A stretch of 64,000 nucleotides of DNA from Elusimicrobiota bacterium (GTDB lineage Bacteria; Elusimicrobiota; Elusimicrobia; UBA1565; UBA9628), in NCBI GenBank assembly GCA_027319565.1, contig DAHVNA010000004.1, forward strand, positions 1 to 64,000. Reading direction: 5' to 3'. The notes beneath the pieces were generated by a model. That model did not search any database and had not been told where the DNA came from. It saw only the letters and a program-made list of their open reading frames with translations. Below are positions 59,739-64,000 of this stretch, one piece after another (within the stretch, counting starts at the first letter, position 1; every line of letters starts with the position of its first letter). The position numbers were made by a program, and so were the translations under genes.

Positions 59739-59789
59739 AACCTGAGCAGTTACTTTTCGCGAACAAAATATTTCCCTTGACTTGCGGTG

Positions 59790-62700
59790 CTAATTCCCAA
59801 TATCCCGCCCATGCCACAAAAGATAAATCGCGGGATAGACGAGAAGCTCCAAGATAAATGAGGTGAAAAGTCCGCCGACCATGGGGGCGGCGATTCTTTT
59901 CATGACGTCTGCGCCCGTTCCGGTCGACCACATGGCCGGAAGAAGTCCCAGAAACGCGCAAGCGACCGTCATCATTTTTGGGCGCAGACGCTTGGCCGCG
60001 CCGTCATGGATCGCTTCTTTAAGGTCGGCTTGTGTGTTAAGACGCCCAGCGGCGGCGCGCGCTTTTTTTGCGAGATTGAGATAGAGAAGCATGAAGATGC
60101 CGGTTTCGGCATCAAGTCCTAAAAGAGCGATAAATCCCACCCAAACCGCGACGGAGAGGTGATATCCCAAAATCCACAACAGCCAAATCGCGCCGACGGC
60201 CGAGAACGGCACCGCGACTAAGACGATTCCGGCTTCAATCCAGGAGCCGGTGTTAAAATAAAGAAGCAATACGATCAGAAAAAGAGCGAGCGGGCCGACG
60301 ACGAGAAGTCTTTTCTCGGCTTTTTTCATCTGTTTATACTGTCCGCTAAATTCATAACGATAGCCCGAAGGAAAAGTGACCGATTTCGCAATGGCCGCCT
60401 TGGCCTTTTGGACGTAACCCCCGATATCGGAAGTTTTTAAGTCCACATAGACATATCCTGAGAGTTCGCCGTTTTCATCTCGAATCATGTCAGGTCCCTG
60501 GCGTATGCGAATTTCAGCGATCTCGGCCAATGGAATCTGCTCGTCTTTGGAAACGGGGACCAAAACTTCTCCGATTTTTCTCAAACTGTCTTTAAAGTCC
60601 GGGGCATAGCGCACGTTCACCGGAAAACGATCGCGGCCTTCGATGGTCTTCGTCACGCGCTCGCCTCCTAAGGCGGCGGCGATCATCGAATTTGCGTCAT
60701 CAACTGAAAGCCCGTATCTCGCCAAAGCCCGGCGCTTTAAAATGATGTCGGTGTAATAGCCCTGGGCGGTCCTTTCCGCCACGGCGCGCCTAGTTCCAGG
60801 CACGGAATTAAGAGCTCCTTCGATTTCAGCTCCGAGTTTTTGAATCACGGATAAATTCGGGCCGAAAATTTTAATTCCAACGGGCGTTCGCATTCCGGTT
60901 GAGAGCATATCGATGCGATTTTGTATGGGCTGGGTCCAGATATTGGGATAGCCCGGGATCTTAAGCTTCTGATTCATTTGAGAGATCAGCTGCCTCTGAC
61001 TCAAATGGCATTTCCAGAGTCCGCCGAGACAAGGCGTTGTCGGCCAAAATTTTCGGGGTTTTAAAACGACGGTCGTTTCCATCATGGACAAGGGTGCGGG
61101 ATCGGTCGCGGTTTCGGCGCGGCCAGCCTTGCCGTAAACGGTTTTAACTTCAGGGAAAGATTTGAGGATTTCGTCTTGAATTTGAAGGACCCTCCGGGCT
61201 TCCGTTATCGAGACTCCGGGAAGAGTGGTCGGCATGTAAAGGATGGTTCCCTCGTTGAGCGGAGGCATAAACTCAGATCCCAAGCGCCATAAAAGAGGCA
61301 GAGTCAAAAGGAAAAGCGCGGCGGCCGAGAAAATCGTTCGGCGCGGATTTTCCAAGACCCAGTTGACCACCGGCGAATAAATTTTAAAAAGCCGGCGGCT
61401 GATGGGGTGTTTCTCTTCCGGATAATAGCGTCCGACTAAAATGGCGTCGGCGGCGCGGTTAAGCCAATGCGGCTTAATATTAAATGAGTCCATTCGCGCA
61501 AAAAACATTCGGACTGCGGGGTCTAGGGTCACGGCTAAGACCGCGGCAAGCGTCATCGCGAAAGTTTTTGAATAGGCGAGAGGCTTAAATAACCGGCCTT
61601 CTTGCCCGGTAAGAGCGAAAATCGGAAGAAATGCGGCTGCGATAACGAGAAGCGAGAAAAAAACCGAAGGGCCGACTTCCATTAAAGCTTTGAGGCGCAC
61701 CTCATGAAAATCTCCCTTGCGTCCCTCTTCTTGCCACTCCTCAAGACGCTTGTAGGCATTTTCGACCTCGACAATCGCGCCGTCAACGAGAATTCCAATT
61801 GAGATCGCGATGCCGGAAAGAGACATGATGTTGGTGGTCAGGCCCAAAGCCGCCATCGGGATAAAAGCCAAAAAAACGGAAACCGGAATTGTCAGAATCG
61901 GAACCATGGCCGACGGCGGGTGCCATAAAAAAAGAAGGATCACGAGACTGACGATGAGCATTTCTTCAAAGAGCGTTTCTTTGAGCGTTCCGACGGCTCG
62001 TTTGATAAGACCCGATCGGTCATAGACCGGGATGATGCGAACTCCGGGCGGCAAAGAGGGAGAAATCTCTTTTATTTTTTCTTTGACGCGGTTGATCACA
62101 TTGAGCGCATTTTCTCCGCTGCGAATGATGACGATTCCGCTGACGGCGTCGCCAAGGCCGTTGAATTCCCCGACGCCTCGCCTTCGAGCGGGTCCCAGGC
62201 TGACTGTGGCGATATCTTGAACCAAAACAGGCGTTCCCGTTTCAGGGTCTCGTCCGACAGAAGTTTGCTCGATGTCTTTGATTCCTTTGAGATAACCGCG
62301 CCCTAAAATCATGAATTCTCTTCCCGAAAACTCGATCGTGCCGCCGCCCGCTTCGCTGTTGGATTCTGAAACGGCTTTGAGAACCTTGGTCAGCGAAATG
62401 TGATAGCTCCAGAGAGCGCTGGGATTTATTTTGACCTGATACTCTTTTTCATATCCGCCGATGGACGCCACTTCAGAGACGCCAGGAACGGCTTGAAGCT
62501 GATAGCGAATGTGCCAGTCTTGAAGGGCGCGGAGTTGAGATAAATCCAGCGCTTTTGAATCATCCACCAGCACGTACTGATAGACCCAACCAAGACTGGT
62601 CGCGTCCGGTCCCATTGCGGTTTTCACTCCTTTGGGAAGCTCCGGAATGATTTTGGATAGGTACTCTAAAACGCGCGAACGCGCCCAATAGAGGTCGGTT

Positions 62701-62996
62701 CCGTCCTCAAAAATTACGTAAACTAAAGACACCCCGAATTCATTGATCGCGCGAATCGCCTTAACTTTAGGCGCGCCCAAAAGAGCCGAGACGATCGGAT
62801 AAGTCACCTGGTCTTCCAATACTTCGGGCGATTGATCCCAGTTTGAGGAGACGATTACCTGAGTGTCCGATAAATCCGGTATCGCGTCGAGCGGCATTCT
62901 TTTGACCGTGTAAAAGGCGTAGGCCAAGGCCACGAGAGTCAAAAGAATAACGAGAAATTTATTGCGCGCCGAAAACGAAATGATTTTAGAGATCAT
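59790..62996 (-). CDS. cusA: CusA/CzcA-family heavy-metal efflux RND permease
   Basis: DAIPDLSDTQV, EDQVTYP, YWARSRVLEYL, GPDATSLGWVYQY, NIMSLSGIAISIG..VD, GSEFMPPL.EG.ILYMP, DPAPLSM.ET, RLRPKMMT. Confidence 0.95.
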   Translation of the reverse strand: MISKIISFSARNKFLVILLTLVALAYAFYTVKRMPLDAIPDLSDTQVIVSSNWDQSPEVLEDQVTYPIVSALLGAPKVKAIRAINEFGVSLVYVIFEDGTDLYWARSRVLEYLSKIIPELPKGVKTAMGPDATSLGWVYQYVLVDDSKALDLSQLRALQDWHIRYQLQAVPGVSEVASIGGYEKEYQVKINPSALWSYHISLTKVLKAVSESNSEAGGGTIEFSGREFMILGRGYLKGIKDIEQTSVGRDPETGTPVLVQDIATVSLGPARRRGVGEFNGLGDAVSGIVIIRSGENALNVINRVKEKIKEISPSLPPGVRIIPVYDRSGLIKRAVGTLKETLFEEMLIVSLVILLFLWHPPSAMVPILTIPVSVFLAFIPMAALGLTTNIMSLSGIAISIGILVDGAIVEVENAYKRLEEWQEEGRKGDFHEVRLKALMEVGPSVFFSLLVIAAAFLPIFALTGQEGRLFKPLAYSKTFAMTLAAVLAVTLDPAVRMFFARMDSFNIKPHWLNRAADAILVGRYYPEEKHPISRRLFKIYSPVVNWVLENPRRTIFSAAALFLLTLPLLWRLGSEFMPPLNEGTILYMPTTLPGVSITEARRVLQIQDEILKSFPEVKTVYGKAGRAETATDPAPLSMMETTVVLKPRKFWPTTPCLGGLWKCHLSQRQLISQMNQKLKIPGYPNIWTQPIQNRIDMLSTGMRTPVGIKIFGPNLSVIQKLGAEIEGALNSVPGTRRAVAERTAQGYYTDIILKRRALARYGLSVDDANSMIAAALGGERVTKTIEGRDRFPVNVRYAPDFKDSLRKIGEVLVPVSKDEQIPLAEIAEIRIRQGPDMIRDENGELSGYVYVDLKTSDIGGYVQKAKAAIAKSVTFPSGYRYEFSGQYKQMKKAEKRLLVVGPLALFLIVLLLYFNTGSWIEAGIVLVAVPFSAVGAIWLLWILGYHLSVAVWVGFIALLGLDAETGIFMLLYLNLAKKARAAAGRLNTQADLKEAIHDGAAKRLRPKMMTVACAFLGLLPAMWSTGTGADVMKRIAAPMVGGLFTSFILELLVYPAIYLLWHGRDIGN

Positions 62997-63101
62997 AGTT
63001 TGATTCCTCTGTGGCCGCTCTCCAACAGACTTGGAAGCGGCACTTCCTCGCCCATGCTCGGTCGGAACATTCTTGCGGCTTTTGCCGTATCAAAGGTGTA
63101 G

Positions 63102-63175
63102 GCCTCGCTAGCTCAACTGGATAGAGCGCACCGCTGACTACGGGGGAGATTCGGGTTCGAATCCCGAGCGGGGCA
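63102..63175 (+). tRNA. tRNA-like RNA / pseudo-tRNA (Arg-like body, aberrant anticodon arm)
   Basis: Acceptor GCCTCGC/GCGGGGC, D arm GCTC-AACTGGATA-GAGC, T arm TCGGG-TTCGAAT-CCCGA; anticodon arm CACCG-CTGACTA-CGGGG has an A.G mismatch and a pyrimidine at 37; no encoded CCA. Confidence 0.75.
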
Positions 63176-63236
63176 TATGCCGGTTTCCGGCGGATAGCGA
63201 CTTTCCCTCCAAAGTCAGCGGTCGTTGTCCATCCCC

Positions 63237-63266
63237 TTGACAAACATGCATAAGAGGGCTTACAAT
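63237..63266 (+). promoter_or_regulatory. Sigma70-type promoter TTGACA-N18-TACAAT
   Basis: Near-consensus hexamers about 80 nt upstream of a strong terminator T tract. Confidence 0.75.
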
Positions 63267-63271
63267 AAAGC

Positions 63272-63349
63272 GTAGGCGGTGTGCTCCGAGTTAGCGGAGT
63301 CTTCCCCGTAGTCAAAGCGGCGTCCACAAAGGCGCCGCTTTCTTTTTTT
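63272..63349 (+). ncRNA. Putative ~78-nt small RNA / attenuated leader complementary to the tRNA-like RNA
   Basis: Bounded by the promoter and terminator; internal hairpin CTCCG-AGTTAG-CGGAG; two segments antisense to 63124-63149. Confidence 0.6.
63314..63349 (+). terminator. Rho-independent terminator
   Basis: AAAGCGGCGTC-CACAAA-GGCGCCGCTTT followed by CTTTTTTT. Confidence 0.85.
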
Positions 63350-63371
63350 CCAGGGGTGCGGTTGATTTTTA

Positions 63372-64000
63372 TCACATCTTCATCCCGGGCATGGAGCCCA
63401 TTGAATCCGAGGGAGCGGCGTTTTTGGAGTCTTTGCCCGGTTGAGCGAATGATTGGATCGCGGATTGAAATTGAGATTCCGCGTCGATTAAAAAATTAGC
63501 CGAAGTCGTTACCGTTTCTCCGGGACTTAAACCCGATAAAATTTCGTAATAGCCCCCGGCTTTTGTTCCTAACTGGATTGATCTCGGATCAAGAGTCCCG
63601 TCTTCCCTAGCCACAAAAACGTATTGTTTCTCCCCGGTGTTTAAAACCGCGCCTTCCGGCACGCTCAAATGCTCTCCCAGCGGAGATTGAATTGTGACAT
63701 CCACATAGGTTCCGGGTTTGAGCAGTCCCAAGGCATCATCCAGCCGGGCTCTGACGCGCGCGGTTCGAGTGGTGGGGTTGATCACTGGATCTATTGAAAG
63801 GACATTTGTCGTCCAGACTTTTCCCGGGAGAGTTTGGGATTTAATCTTCACGGGAATTCCCGGATGAATGAATTGCAGGTCATATTCATAAACATCCGCA
63901 TAGACCCATACCGCCTGTCCGCGTTTTCCCACTAAAAGCCCTTGAGCGAGACTCGGATTCTTGACCCAGGCGGAAACCTGAGCGGGAGACAAACCTAAGA
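63372..64000 (-). CDS. cusB: CusB-type RND periplasmic adaptor (5' end lies beyond the window)
   Basis: VWVYADVYEYDL, IDPVINPTTRT.RVR, LKPG.YVDV, L.VP..AVL.TG, GL..GE.V..SANFLID.ES, Met-rich tail. Confidence 0.9.
   Translation of the reverse strand, partial: LGLSPAQVSAWVKNPSLAQGLLVGKRGQAVWVYADVYEYDLQFIHPGIPVKIKSQTLPGKVWTTNVLSIDPVINPTTRTARVRARLDDALGLLKPGTYVDVTIQSPLGEHLSVPEGAVLNTGEKQYVFVAREDGTLDPRSIQLGTKAGGYYEILSGLSPGETVTTSANFLIDAESQFQSAIQSFAQPGKDSKNAAPSDSMGSMPGMKM

Noticed and set aside
63013..63100. NiCo (czcD) riboswitch upstream of cusA
   Set aside because: Could not fit the four-way junction consensus by eye; kept only as an unnamed candidate element.
62986..63375. 129-aa ORF bridging cusB and cusA
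   Set aside because: It reads through the antisense of the tRNA-like gene, promoter and terminator and has no protein-like features; likely spurious.
52508..64000. Prophage or integrative element
   Set aside because: No integrase, transposase or phage structural gene in the window; only scars are visible.

Overview
A 64-kb bacterial chromosomal window, probably Elusimicrobiota (inferred from the style of its exported proteins and pilin-like domains, not from a marker gene). Bases 1-30,000 are mostly housekeeping genes (cysteine synthase/CBS, recR-dnaX, mug, comF-comEC-nadK-recN-gltX-dksA, transporters, RNase D, glgP, rocD, htpX). Bases 30,172-47,615 form a putative envelope operon built around a 4,659-aa giant protein. 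By eye this protein has a signal peptide, a hydrophobic block, a Gln/Asn-rich coiled coil, a beta-barrel-like segment, repeated TolC-like motifs and a C-terminal anchor. It is followed by iscS-mnmA and a secreted M3 peptidase. Bases 52,500-64,000 are a mosaic accessory region downstream of a cusBA efflux locus. It contains (i) a cluster whose enzymes all use or release CO2/HCO3- (purK-purE, icd, sua5) plus a DUF6671-like gene and a wHTH regulator with a perfect palindromic operator; (ii) three extra cusA 3' ends and one internal cusA fragment, separated by short GGGACAG-core junction repeats; and (iii) in the cusB-cusA spacer, a tRNA-like RNA with an aberrant anticodon arm next to a promoter-sRNA-terminator unit that is bipartite-complementary to that arm. 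All calls come from reading the sequence; no database searches were run.
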